64,000 nt of DNA from Candidatus Bathyarchaeota archaeon (GTDB taxonomy: Archaea > Thermoproteota > Bathyarchaeia > TCS64). The stretch's first letter is position 1; the number at the start of each line of letters is the position of its first letter. This document shows positions 41,134 to 51,853 of this stretch, one piece after another. Made by a program: the position numbers and the translations under genes. The notes under the pieces are model-generated. The model did not search any database, was not told the DNA's origin, and saw only the letters and a list, made by a program, of their open reading frames with translations. Where the stretch lies: contig CAVYLP010000006.1 of assembly GCA_963769425.1 (NCBI GenBank), positions 273 through 64,272 on the forward strand, given 5' to 3'.

Positions 41134-42258
41134 CTATTGTTCAAGATTTTTTTTGATTATTGTCTTTAGCCATTCACGTTGAGCCCACAGAGCGCAGCCG
41201 CCGGTGGTCTCAGGCAGTTGTGAGTGCTTCTCCCTGATCATTGACAGGAATTTGGACCCTAAAGCTTCCCGTAGAGAGGTCACATTCAGATCCGTGTCGG
41301 AGTATGGTATGAATGGGCAGGGCTCGACGTTACCCACAGCATTGATGTGGACGAATCCTCTCCCCGCCGCTAGGCAGCCACCGACATCCTCTTCGTCGCC
41401 AGGTAGGTTAAGGAACACGGCCTTGAAGCTGCTTCTGAGTTGTTCTCTGATTTGTTTCATCTCGTTCCGCTGGTTGGGGGTGACGACCCAGGACTTTGTT
41501 CCCTCAATTATCGGCGTGTACTCATCGTAGATGAATAGTCTGCAGCCCTTATCGTAAAGTTCACTCACAAAGTTAGCGTCAGTGACGACGGGGAAGTTGT
41601 TGTTGGTGACCGTGATGGAGGTTCCCCAGAATATGTGCCTCTCACTCATTGTCTTGAAGGTGCTCCCAAGTCGCTCGTAGACCCCAGCGCCTCTACGCTC
41701 ATCGGTCTCGGCTCGGTGACCCTCGAGGCTGATCAGGGGAACCAAGTTTCTAGTCTTCCTGATCCTCTCGAGGAGCTCGTCGTTTAGCAGTGTCCCGTTT
41801 GTGAACATGATGAACATGATGTGTCGGTTCTCTTCAACGATGTTGAGGATTTCCGGCCTAACAAGGGGTTCGCCCCCGCTCAGAACCATGAATGATACGC
41901 CGAGTTCGTCGGCTTCCCCGATGATTCGCCGCAGTTGGCTCTCGGAAAGCTCCTCTGCGGTGGGTTTACGGAGGGCGTTGTTGAAGCACCCCTTGCAGAG
42001 CAGGTTACACCTGTTCGTTATGCTGAAGATCATGATTGGCGGTACGTGGAGTCCCTCTTCCTCAAGTCGGTCTCTTTTCTGAGCTGCCCTTCGCTGCCAT
42101 CTGAGTGTGTTGACATAGAATTTGGCTGTTGATGGGCTTGTTAACGCTGCCTTTAGCATGTCCCCGAAGAAAATGCCTAGAGAATCGTTGAGTTGTTTGT
42201 CGAAGACAATGCGATCAGTGGTGGATTTTTGAGGTAATTCCACGTTAGTCTCATTCAT
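41134..42258 (-). CDS. radical SAM protein with C-terminal SPASM/twitch-like Cys cluster
   Basis: 374 aa. CNLLCKGC (CxxxCxxC) radical-SAM motif; C-terminal CLAAGRGF...GNVEPCPF Cys-rich auxiliary-cluster region. Confidence 0.75.
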   Translation of the reverse strand: MNETNVELPQKSTTDRIVFDKQLNDSLGIFFGDMLKAALTSPSTAKFYVNTLRWQRRAAQKRDRLEEEGLHVPPIMIFSITNRCNLLCKGCFNNALRKPTAEELSESQLRRIIGEADELGVSFMVLSGGEPLVRPEILNIVEENRHIMFIMFTNGTLLNDELLERIRKTRNLVPLISLEGHRAETDERRGAGVYERLGSTFKTMSERHIFWGTSITVTNNNFPVVTDANFVSELYDKGCRLFIYDEYTPIIEGTKSWVVTPNQRNEMKQIREQLRSSFKAVFLNLPGDEEDVGGCLAAGRGFVHINAVGNVEPCPFIPYSDTDLNVTSLREALGSKFLSMIREKHSQLPETTGGCALWAQREWLKTIIKKNLEQ

Positions 42259-42407
42259 CTATGATCGGGCTCCGTTCTTCAGTCTCTCCTGTGACGAGTT
42301 GCCATTCCTATTAAGGGTTAGCAATATTGACTGACGATGTCGACGAGCTAATTTTATATTTTTAAACATTGATGAATAACCAATCCGAGTTGATATTGAC
42401 CTCTTAG

Positions 42408-43286
42408 CTACACTTTGACTTCGAGTTCATCGATTGACGAAGCTCCATAATTAACTACCCCTTCGATCGGGACTCTATGCTCCTTACGTCCCTTGAAGAG
42501 ACTCACAGTCTGATAGCCCGCACAATTGATGGCCCTCAGAGCCTCAGCAATCCTGAACCCAAGAGTCTCTGGTACATGAGTATCGCTGCCCACTGTTACT
42601 TTTTTAACACCCGCGTCATGAGCTGCTTCGATGAACTCGAAAAGTGGGAAGAACTCCCCAGCACCATGTCTCAGGCAGGAAGTGTTTACTTCAAACCCCA
42701 CGCCATAGTCCGCGAGCGAGTCAATAGGCTCAGTTGCTGCCTCCCTAATGTCGCTCCAGACTAGTTGCTCTGGCCTAACAAGGTGGAGATACTTTTTGAA
42801 GTAATCAGGGTGTGCCATCACGTCGAATAGACCACTCTCAACACCCATCTTCCACACCTTGAAATACTCACTAACGGCCTCATGGATGCTTCTCCCACTA
42901 TAGAAGGCCTCAGCATCTCTACCCGACGCTATCTCCAACCCATTTACCGTGTGGACGCTTCCGAGAATGAAATCAAAAGGATACTCTGACAGCAGTTCGC
43001 CGATGTGTCGCTCCTCCTCCGGGAAATAATCCACTTCGAGCCCCGTCCTCAAAACAACGGAAGTTCGACTCTGAGCCTCATAGATGCTTTCCAGATACTC
43101 GTCGATCTCACCGATCTTTATCCCGAACCCCTTAGACGGACCAGCGGACATGTAATGAGTTGTGAATACAACCTCCTTCACTCCCCTATTTTTCGCGGAT
43201 TCAACAATGTTATCAACTGTAGTGTGACGAGCGTCGCCGCTATGCCTCTCATGAACATGGTAATCTATCAAACGTGTTGGAGACAT
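42408..43286 (-). CDS. PHP-family phosphoesterase (histidinol-phosphatase HisJ-like)
   Basis: 292 aa. DYHVH, GSVH and DTH metal-binding motifs of the PHP domain. Confidence 0.65.
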   Translation of the reverse strand: MSPTRLIDYHVHERHSGDARHTTVDNIVESAKNRGVKEVVFTTHYMSAGPSKGFGIKIGEIDEYLESIYEAQSRTSVVLRTGLEVDYFPEEERHIGELLSEYPFDFILGSVHTVNGLEIASGRDAEAFYSGRSIHEAVSEYFKVWKMGVESGLFDVMAHPDYFKKYLHLVRPEQLVWSDIREAATEPIDSLADYGVGFEVNTSCLRHGAGEFFPLFEFIEAAHDAGVKKVTVGSDTHVPETLGFRIAEALRAINCAGYQTVSLFKGRKEHRVPIEGVVNYGASSIDELEVKV

Positions 43287-43289
43287 TCC

Positions 43290-44897
43290 ATTATCATTTA
43301 GGGAAAGGTCTTCTTATTTATATAGAAAACTGATATATTCTATAGCGATAAAATATTCTATATATGTTATTAGTGAGGCAAATTAAAAGTCGGCGCACGC
43401 GCTAAAGTGGATCGCCCGGATTAAACCCACACGGCACATTTTACGAATATAAAATACCAGTGCTAATCTTAAATTCGCTGATTGAGAAACAGTGTGTGCA
43501 TATAGAATCAGTAACCATCTTATACTCTATATTTTATATGAATTAAGGTGTTGATGTTTTACACAATAAATTACTTCGAATTACCTTATATCAAGGCATA
43601 CATCAAAAGAACACGCTTCCTTTTTTGCCAAGTAGAAGCATATAAGCATCGGGGGCTGAAGAAGCCCCATTTTAATTAATAATATAATTGCGAAATTATG
43701 GCTAGTAATTAAAAACATAACTAAATATTGAATAGATTTCTATATATTCATTAAAAACAATATTAATTATGTCGAGAAGATATAAAAGTAAACGATGGTG
43801 TGATTAAATCGATGAAAAATGAGTGGAATGGAAATCATGTGGTTTAGAGAATATATGCACGACAAGGAGTCGTTAAACAGAGACGATACAGAAGCCTCGA
43901 GGGAGAAAAAACTCGAAATCATGTTAACTAGTAACAAGAATGAAAAAATGCGTAAAGCTATCTCTCCTTAAAGAAATTTCTTGACTTTTTGAGATATTCT
44001 CCAACGAGGAATCAATCTATTTGCATACCTAAGGATGAAAATCCTAAAAGTAAAGCAGATATAACTCTCTAAAAATGCTCCTGAAAGTAGGTTAGTGACC
44101 ATAATAAATTGTTTATCTAGGTTAGGAGAAAATATTCCCAACGAGTAGGAGCGATGAATCATATGAGATTATTGTTAAAATTATAGATAATATGTAGATA
44201 TAGAGTCTTGGGGTATTATTATTAATATATATTTTATTTGGATAAAGGATATAATTAAAAAGTGATATTTATAATCGTGAGATAACTTGAAGATCAACGT
44301 CCAGAAAAGGGAGAAAAAAACATCAAAGAATAAGGAAGACCAATTAATTTCAGCCATATCGTTAACTCTTGAAACAGATTTAATGACAGATGATGATCTG
44401 GAATTTATTTCGGCTCAAGCTCATCTTCTAGACTCGATATTTTATTAACCATCTATTTTAATTCGCGCGAGATCTATCAACGGGAAATTTAGTCCTAGAA
44501 ATTTTGAACGATGATCAAAGAAAGGCTAATCCAGAAAGTATCATTAATCGACACGCCGGCTAGCAACGAAGTGCGCGTTACAAACATTATTTCCGCCAAC
44601 GAAAAAGAAGTATTTTTGTGAATCTCAGAGACTTCTTCATTTCTGATGTGAAATAGGCGCACGCGAAGATAGAAAAGTTGCCTTCTTCATCTCGACATGC
44701 TAGCCGAAGACAAGTACATAAAAGCCATGTTAGAAAAGCGTCCCAAACTAAAGCCCGTTACGACTACCCTGCTCGGTGGTAGATTCAAGTTTTTTAGTCG
44801 TACTTTTGAATCCGCTACTGGCGTATCCAATGTTGAGGCTTGGGCAGATGAACTTGGCTCAAAACTTGAAAAATGATTTGAGGCTTTGCAGATTAAG
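43290..44897. other. ~1.6-kb strongly AT-rich, ORF-free segment (part of a 3.3-kb AT-rich island, 43290-46560)
   Basis: No ORF >60 aa on either strand. Composition contrasts sharply with the GC-rich flanks. Contains a GC hairpin followed by a T-tract (43652-43668). Confidence 0.6.
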
Positions 44898-45434
44898 CTA
44901 TTTTACGAAAACAAGTAAGCGATCATCAAACATACGACTCAATAAAACAAGTTTCTTCGCCTCAGCAAGTTTAACGACCTCATTATAATCTACATGCATC
45001 GGGAACACAGTCGCCATTCCCCCAATCTTGAGAACCCTTCTAACCTCCTCGAACAACGAGTTCTTGTCGGATACTTCCTGAATGACATCTATCAGAAGAA
45101 CATGGTCGACTGATGCATCACCCAGCTGTATCTTATCATTCGCTGAAGAGTTCAAAATCCTAATATTTTTCAGGCCCTCTGTTTCGGCTCTTCTCCTCAG
45201 TTTGTCTAATGCACCCTCGTCGATGTCAAGGGCGTATACTGTTCCTGTTTCGCCGACGAGAGTAGCTGAGGGTACCGTGTATGTTCCTGAACCGCAGCCA
45301 ACGTCTAAGATGTTTTGTCCCTCACTGATCCCGATCTCCTTGAGACATGTTAGGGAGTTTCTTGACAGCCATACCTTGAACCTCATTTCGTCTAGGTGGA
45401 ATAGGAACCTGAGGTGTTTACCAGCGTGGCTCAT
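44898..45434 (-). CDS. class I SAM-dependent methyltransferase
   Basis: 178 aa. Motif I LDVGCGSGTYT and a post-I acidic residue (ALDID). Confidence 0.75.
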   Translation of the reverse strand: MSHAGKHLRFLFHLDEMRFKVWLSRNSLTCLKEIGISEGQNILDVGCGSGTYTVPSATLVGETGTVYALDIDEGALDKLRRRAETEGLKNIRILNSSANDKIQLGDASVDHVLLIDVIQEVSDKNSLFEEVRRVLKIGGMATVFPMHVDYNEVVKLAEAKKLVLLSRMFDDRLLVFVK

Positions 45435-45499
45435 GAATCACGAGAAGTATGCCCCACTTATTACACTAATCTAATCTCCAGTAACCGCGAGCCTCAACG

Positions 45500-46160
45500 A
45501 CTACAAGGAAGGAGCGACTACTTTCTATGGGAAGGAAGTGTCCTTCTTCTCACCCCTCTAACTTCTATCTGCGCGCGTGAGAGAGAACTAGTTCAAGACT
45601 TTCTTTCTCCCCGACGGCGACGCCTTCTTCGACTACACAGTTGCCACCGTGGACTACTACAGGAGATCGCTGAGGGCCCCACCACTAGTGGTAATAAGAA
45701 TCGATGTAAAAGACCGGAAGACAAGCTTCCCCAAACACACAAAGTGATACTCCGTTCCGCCTTTCACGAGGTGTCTGAGGGACGAGATCATCCCCTATGT
45801 CGACGGACCAGGAAGCCCCACGCATCATAAAAAACTCCTTGGACACTCACTGGGAGGTCTCCACGCTCTTGGCTCCATGCTCGAGGGAGACGAACTTTTC
45901 AACGCATGGGTCGTATTTAGCCCAAGCTTGCAACTACGGGCAGCGTAACTGAAAATGCTCTTCGAAACACGCAGGGAGTCGACCTCGGGTTCACTATTTC
46001 TTGCATCAGACGGAGACTCGCCCCATGATGCTAAGGTTGCTCAGGATCTCATCGAATCACTGGAAGCTAGAAACCATGAGCAGCTGAGAATACGCCATCT
46101 CGTCTATCCCGAGCAGACCACTTCACCATCTTCGTTAAAGCTTTCCCAGATTCTCTAGAA
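45500..46160 (+). pseudogene. esterase-family alpha/beta hydrolase remnant (multiple stops and frame breaks)
   Basis: The frames contain ...LPDGDAFFDYTVATVDYYRRSL..., then ...IIPYVDGPGSPTHHKKLLGHSLGGLHALGSMLEGDELFNAWVVFSPSLQL (GHSLGG nucleophile elbow), then ORF 45955..46158. They are separated by in-frame stops. Confidence 0.5.
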
Positions 46161-46570
46161 TTCCTCGTACCAGTTATTGCTCATAGATATAAAAATGTAA
46201 ATGGCTGAGAATCTCGCACCGCGTGCGCGTGTGTATGCTGGCAAGAATGAAGGGTTTTGAACCTTAATGGATTCAGGTCCTGATTAATAGGCTAACAAAC
46301 AAATGTCCAAAAATACTCAATTATCCGAAAGTGTAATTTATTGTGTGTGAGGGGTGGGGCACCAACCCGTGTTCTAGTATTGAGAATCCATTTTCAATGA
46401 ATTGAACCATAGTACGAGTAAGTGGCTTTGTGTCTGATTTTGCTTGGAAACATTCGTACAACAAAGAAGACTACAAGTCCAGCTACCGCTACGACCAAGG
46501 CGCGCTGCCCTGTAATAACGTATATAGTAGATTTAACAACTGTATCCTTTCACGGAGTCATTAATCCGGA

Positions 46571-47380
46571 TTGATTCGGGATGGTAACATGGCTTCTCCG
46601 GAGATAACAGAAAAGGCGTCAATAAACGATTCAGCGAATTCATCTGAGATAATCTTGAAAGTGTCTGGCCTTACAAAAAAGTTTGGGGACTTCACGGCGG
46701 TCGATCACATTAGCTTCGAGATCCATAAGGGAGAAGTATTTGGGCTACTCGGTCACAATGGAGCAGGAAAGACAACAACAGTCAACATGCTCGCCGGACT
46801 CAAACTCCCAACTGAGGGGACAGCCACCATCTCAGGGTTCGATATAAGAAAGAAACCTCTTGATGCCCGGATGAGAATCGGTTTCTTGCCCGATAACCCA
46901 GGTAACTACCTCCACCTAACAGCGAAACAGAACCTTGAATTCTTCGCCGAACTCTCAGATCTAAAGAAGGAAGTCGCCTCAAAACGAATCTCCGATTTAC
47001 TTGAGCTGGTTGGGCTAACCGAATGGCGCGACAAAAAGGTTGGAGTATTTAGCCGGGGTATGAAGCAGCGTCTTGGACTGGCTCAAAGTTTGATGAGGGA
47101 TCCTGATCTCCTCTTCCTAGATGAGCCCACCCTCGGAATCGATCCTGAGGGGACGCGAGAGATGCGTGGCTTAATCAAAAAATTAGCCAGTGAGGGTAAG
47201 GGAATCTTAATCTGCAGTCATTTACTGAGCGAGGTTAGCAGGCTCTGTGACACCATCGCAATTATGAGAAAGGGAAAAATCGTGGTGATAGGCACTATCC
47301 CGGAGTTAAGGAAGAAGCTTGGACTGGGTGACAACATAGATCTCGAAGAGATCTTCATCCAAGTTCACGAGGGTGAATGA
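46571..47380 (+). CDS. ABC transporter ATP-binding protein (ABC-2 exporter type)
   Basis: Walker A GHNGAGKTT, signature FSRGMKQRLGLAQ, Walker B LLFLDEPT. Confidence 0.85.
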   Translation: MIRDGNMASPEITEKASINDSANSSEIILKVSGLTKKFGDFTAVDHISFEIHKGEVFGLLGHNGAGKTTTVNMLAGLKLPTEGTATISGFDIRKKPLDARMRIGFLPDNPGNYLHLTAKQNLEFFAELSDLKKEVASKRISDLLELVGLTEWRDKKVGVFSRGMKQRLGLAQSLMRDPDLLFLDEPTLGIDPEGTREMRGLIKKLASEGKGILICSHLLSEVSRLCDTIAIMRKGKIVVIGTIPELRKKLGLGDNIDLEEIFIQVHEGE

Positions 47381-48352
47381 TTGCCCGGGGTATTGACAAT
47401 CGCCAAGAAGGAATTCATCGACCACGTCTCAGACCAGACTTTCCTACTTTGCTTTGGAACCCTGCTCCTTGTAATGGTCGCATCTACCTTCTATCAACTC
47501 GACTATATACACACACAGATGGTCAGTTTAGCAACAAGCTCAGGCTACATAGAGAGTGAACTCTGGAAAGATAACCGGGTCTCCCAGATGCTCCAGACCC
47601 TCTTGACAGAGAACATATCCTCTTTGGGTGCCCTGGTCGCAATAGCCCTGAGCTTCAACTCCATTAATAAGGAAAGGACGGAGGGAAGCCTCCGAGTCCT
47701 ACTATCTTACCCCATCAGCAAGGCGAAGATAATACTCGGCAAACTGCTAGGGGGATTCATAGTCATAGTCATAGTTGTGCTAACCTCGATGGTGATTTCA
47801 CTCAGCATCGAGATGTACTCGCTGTCAATACCCCTTTCAGGTGAGTTCTTTCTGAGGGTAGTTACTATAATTGGCTTAGGGATTGTTCTTCTAGCCTTCT
47901 TCCTCTGCCTCGGGACGGCTGTTTCTATCGTCATACCCGATCCATCCACATGCCTCATCAGTCTGCTTGTTATCACCACTCTACTTCAAGTCAACACAAT
48001 AGCCATGATAATAGTAGCTGTGGGTAATCTCTTTCCAAGGTCAATATCCATAAACGGTGGCCGAGGTAACCTACAATACGCCCCAAGTACATATAGCTGG
48101 CAGAGACCCCCAGTGTTATCGCTGATAAATAGAAACTGGCTGAAGGTCTCACCTGTCCTTTCCTATCGTACGGTCTCGGACAATATCTTCCATTTTCAAA
48201 ACACATTCTCAACAGGTCACATACTAATAATACCAATTGAATTCACATGGCTTCTTCCCAGAAACATCGATCTCATGTGGACACCCGTGATCTACCTAGC
48301 ATTTGCGTTCGTAGCTTGCTTCATACTATTTCAATTGAGGGACATCGATTGA
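47381..48352 (+). CDS. ABC-2 family transporter permease
   Basis: 323 aa, 6 TM, begins 1 nt after the ATPase gene. Confidence 0.7.
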   Translation: MPGVLTIAKKEFIDHVSDQTFLLCFGTLLLVMVASTFYQLDYIHTQMVSLATSSGYIESELWKDNRVSQMLQTLLTENISSLGALVAIALSFNSINKERTEGSLRVLLSYPISKAKIILGKLLGGFIVIVIVVLTSMVISLSIEMYSLSIPLSGEFFLRVVTIIGLGIVLLAFFLCLGTAVSIVIPDPSTCLISLLVITTLLQVNTIAMIIVAVGNLFPRSISINGGRGNLQYAPSTYSWQRPPVLSLINRNWLKVSPVLSYRTVSDNIFHFQNTFSTGHILIIPIEFTWLLPRNIDLMWTPVIYLAFAFVACFILFQLRDID

Positions 48353-48393
48353 ACACATTAAAAATCAGCTGTCTTAAAACGAGGGAACCATAG

Positions 48394-49296
48394 ATGCCGG
48401 GGATATTCACGATTATCAAGAAAGAGGTCTCAGATGCTATTACGAATCGATCATTTCTGCTCTCATTTGGGATCCTCCTTTTATGCATGGTTTTAGCTGG
48501 CTTCGCAGCAGGAAACGCATTCAACTCCCAACGCATGGCAGCATCCAGAGACCGACTGCTCATCCTAAGCGATATCGCTCCAATAATCACACTACTCGGA
48601 GCATTAGTCGCAGTAGCTCTAGGGTTCAACTCAATAAACAAGGAGAGGCCTGAAGGGAGTCTCAAAGTCATGTTATCCTACCCAATCTACCGAGACCAGA
48701 TTATACTTGGAAAACTCATGGGTAACCTCATTATAACCACACTCGCCACAACCGCATCCACGGCAATATCTCTCGCCTTCTATCTTCAAATTACTAAAAT
48801 CTTGTTTGACCCTGAGATGTTGATCCGCTACACGACTTTGACCCTTCTTGCTATTCTGCTACTAGGTGGTTACCTAGGGCTGAGTATCCTTCTATCAGCC
48901 TACTTCAACGATCCTAAGACGACTCTCTTAGTCACATTCCTATTTCTAGGTGTATTCAACTCGGAGACTCTTTATTCGTATGGTCAGATTTTATCCAATC
49001 TCGTATATGGAAATCAATTACGGGTTTTTGGGCCCGGGGGATCAGTACCCACGTATCCACCAGCAAAAGCGGTTCAAGATTTTATTTCAAGCCTCTCCCC
49101 AGCTTGGGACTTCAATACATTCTCTACAAACCTTGGAAATTATCTACAACCCTACACCACTAACAATATCGTTATTAACGCACGTTTCTGGGATCTTGTA
49201 ACAAATAATCTGGTATACCTCCCCGTTTTAATATTACTACCACTTGCAACCTTCATCGGTTGCTACATATTATTCACTAAGACAGACATCGATTAA
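48394..49296 (+). CDS. ABC-2 family transporter permease (paralog)
   Basis: 300 aa, similar N-terminus (MPGIFTIIKKE... versus MPGVLTIAKKE...) and TM topology to the preceding permease. Confidence 0.7.
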   Translation: MPGIFTIIKKEVSDAITNRSFLLSFGILLLCMVLAGFAAGNAFNSQRMAASRDRLLILSDIAPIITLLGALVAVALGFNSINKERPEGSLKVMLSYPIYRDQIILGKLMGNLIITTLATTASTAISLAFYLQITKILFDPEMLIRYTTLTLLAILLLGGYLGLSILLSAYFNDPKTTLLVTFLFLGVFNSETLYSYGQILSNLVYGNQLRVFGPGGSVPTYPPAKAVQDFISSLSPAWDFNTFSTNLGNYLQPYTTNNIVINARFWDLVTNNLVYLPVLILLPLATFIGCYILFTKTDID

Positions 49297-49355
49297 TTTT
49301 CAGGAGACTCACAGTAATCAAGCTATGCAAACTTGTAAATAACCAATTTACAACC

Positions 49356-51167
49356 ATGCTCATTATGGGTTTCTCGAAGAGTTTCATTCAATCCGATCAT
49401 GGTCTAGGAATAAAAATCCAAAAAGTGTTAGCTCTTCTCTTTCTACTATCGATGGTGTTTCAAATTACGGCCCTAATAAGGGCTGAATCCTATAACTTTC
49501 ATGGTGTAATAGTCGATGATGCCGGTAACCCGATCCCCAACGCCGAAATTCAGGTCTATGACCTGCTAAAGGTATCGAGCCAGAATTACCAGAACGGCTA
49601 CTATGTAACAACAGCTTCAACTCAAAGCGATGGCTCCTACAACATACCACTATATCTTGGAACCTTCAAACTACTATACGCTAAGGCAGGTTATGAGAAG
49701 CAGACTAAGATACTGGGTTTCACGATAGCTCAGGACGTCGACCTCGGCGAGACAATGATGACGAGAAGTGTCTCGATCAGTTTGACCTTCACCGAGAGAA
49801 CAATTTCACCCGGTACTATTCTTACTGTGCCAATGACTATCATTAACGTTGGGGATCAGGATGAGTCCGTCCAGTTGCAGACTTTCAACAATGCAACCTT
49901 GGAAACGACGATTCTGGATAACGTAGGTGAGGTGGACGCTATGACGGTGAAAGCCGGAGCAGCTGTACAGCTTAACTTAAGAGTAATCATCCCATTAAAC
50001 GCAAAAGGTGCCGCTATAGTCACTGTTACCACGTTAGGCGCCGCTACATCCAAGTCGAGTCTAAAGATCACTATCGCTGGGGAACAACCTCATTTTGTCA
50101 GTTGTCAGTACCCATCGAGAGATACCTCCCCAGGAGCCGAGGTATCATTCAAGGTACAAGTTACAAACCCTTATCCCAACCAAGTTGAAGCAAATTTCAC
50201 ACTGAAAGGTATCTCAAATGAATGGAATCCTTTGATTCTAAACGATGCGAAGGCTCAGATCCGATCAATGAATATACCCGGTAGTGGGTCTAGCGAAATC
50301 ACAATCGTAGTCGATGTACCACAGACGATAAAAGCGAATACTACACTCACAGCGGAGCTTCAGACAAACCTCGGAGGACTCATTGATACAACACCTCTTA
50401 ACATCTTTGTTCAACATAGACTTTTGGCATTGGGGATAAAAACAAGTTATCCTGTTCAGACAGTTGAACTCGGTAAATCAGCTTCATTTCCGATCACACT
50501 ATCTAACCCTGGGGAGACCGATGAGACGTTAAGCCTTTCAATGGATTATCTCCCGGCAAAATGGATTGGAACATTCACAACGGATTCCGGAGGAGCAATC
50601 CAGTCGATACTCATCAATGCGCGTTCGAGTGTGAATCTTTTCGCCGTATTCAAACCTAATGTCGACGCTAAACCTTTAGTTTATAATATGTTAGTTAAAG
50701 CGATTTCCACGAATCTTAATGGAACCCTCGCTCTTAGAGTCGAGCTGGTCGGCAGTACGAACATGAGCCTAAAGGTTGCTAATCTCTATGGCCAGATGAA
50801 CGTGGGTGAAACTAAGGATATTCAGGTTACGCTTGAAAACACGGGCTATTCCACAATAACATATCCAACACTACTTATTGATCCTTCTGTCAACACAATT
50901 GTAGTTGAGTATTCTCCAATCGACGTGATTGCGATTCTGCCTGGTCAGTCGCAGGTATTCACACTTCACGTGACAGCGCAGGAGGGAACCGCTCAGGGAG
51001 ATTATATCATTAATATTAAAGGGTATAGCCCCGAATTTCTAACTGATCCCGTGGATATTCGAATGACGGTAGCGGCGAGTGGCTCACAAACGTTGATTAT
51101 TGTAGGCGTATTAGTCGTTGCTTTTATGTCAATAATTGTCGTATATAGAAGATTTAGGAGAAGGTAA
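49356..51167 (+). CDS. large cell-surface protein: signal peptide, carboxypeptidase-regulatory-like domain, CARDB/DUF11-like repeats, C-terminal TM anchor
   Basis: 603 aa. N-terminal hydrophobic signal. YNFHGVIVDDAGNPIPNAEIQVYD (CarboxypepD_reg-like). Repeated NVGD/SNPGET/ENTGY beta-sandwich motifs. C-terminal LIIVGVLVVAFMSIIVVYRRFRRR anchor. Confidence 0.6.
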   Translation: MLIMGFSKSFIQSDHGLGIKIQKVLALLFLLSMVFQITALIRAESYNFHGVIVDDAGNPIPNAEIQVYDLLKVSSQNYQNGYYVTTASTQSDGSYNIPLYLGTFKLLYAKAGYEKQTKILGFTIAQDVDLGETMMTRSVSISLTFTERTISPGTILTVPMTIINVGDQDESVQLQTFNNATLETTILDNVGEVDAMTVKAGAAVQLNLRVIIPLNAKGAAIVTVTTLGAATSKSSLKITIAGEQPHFVSCQYPSRDTSPGAEVSFKVQVTNPYPNQVEANFTLKGISNEWNPLILNDAKAQIRSMNIPGSGSSEITIVVDVPQTIKANTTLTAELQTNLGGLIDTTPLNIFVQHRLLALGIKTSYPVQTVELGKSASFPITLSNPGETDETLSLSMDYLPAKWIGTFTTDSGGAIQSILINARSSVNLFAVFKPNVDAKPLVYNMLVKAISTNLNGTLALRVELVGSTNMSLKVANLYGQMNVGETKDIQVTLENTGYSTITYPTLLIDPSVNTIVVEYSPIDVIAILPGQSQVFTLHVTAQEGTAQGDYIINIKGYSPEFLTDPVDIRMTVAASGSQTLIIVGVLVVAFMSIIVVYRRFRRR

Positions 51168-51853
51168 GATATCACTAACAGATGTTAAACTATCGGAACT
51201 TATTCGCTTGCGTATTACATTAAGCAAGGATTGAGCGCGAGTAGTTTGTTGTGTGCGCAACATGGCGCCTATACAAGACTGGATGCAAACTTCAAGAACG
51301 TAGGCATATTCGATCTGTCCCCGAGGGTTGACAGGTATCATGAGTCATTAGTTTTCAGAAGGTGGCAAGCACTGACAAGACTTAGCAGGTGGAGTGGGAC
51401 CATAACGGATATGTTTTGGACGTTTACTCTGGTTGGTTTTTCAGTGTGAGGACGTATCAATAGGAAGCAGTATCCTAATCAAAATGAGGAAACAAGTTCG
51501 CTCATGTATTCGATGCTTGGAGTTTTTGGCGCGCGCTCAGAGACCTGCCTGAAAGCTATGCACTCTTTGATCTTCTCGGGATCCATCAAGTCACAGCAAT
51601 TCGCAACAGCCTTGAGCGAATATATAGCTGTCCCAATCGTTGACTCCCTATAACCCTAGTTCTTTAACCAGAAACTGTGCTCAAGAATTAGAACAACCTG
51701 CTGATCATAGCTCTGCTCGGAAACCCCAGATAGCAGCACTGAGTTCAGAGGTTGGTGGGATCGAAGGGACTTAAACCTATGTGGGTTCAAGTCATACCAG
51801 TCTCCACCAACTATTTTTACTGTATGTATATGCACCTTATCAATTGAAAATCC

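Noticed and set aside
43290-44897. Looked for CRISPR arrays or tandem repeats in the AT-rich ORF-free stretch
   Set aside because: No regularly spaced direct repeats were found by eye, only low-complexity AT-rich sequence.
51745-51810. Possible tRNA-like element (ggttggtggga ... tctccaccaac 9-bp inverted stem)
   Set aside because: I could not fold it into a cloverleaf with D/anticodon/T arms on either strand. It is more likely a simple hairpin.
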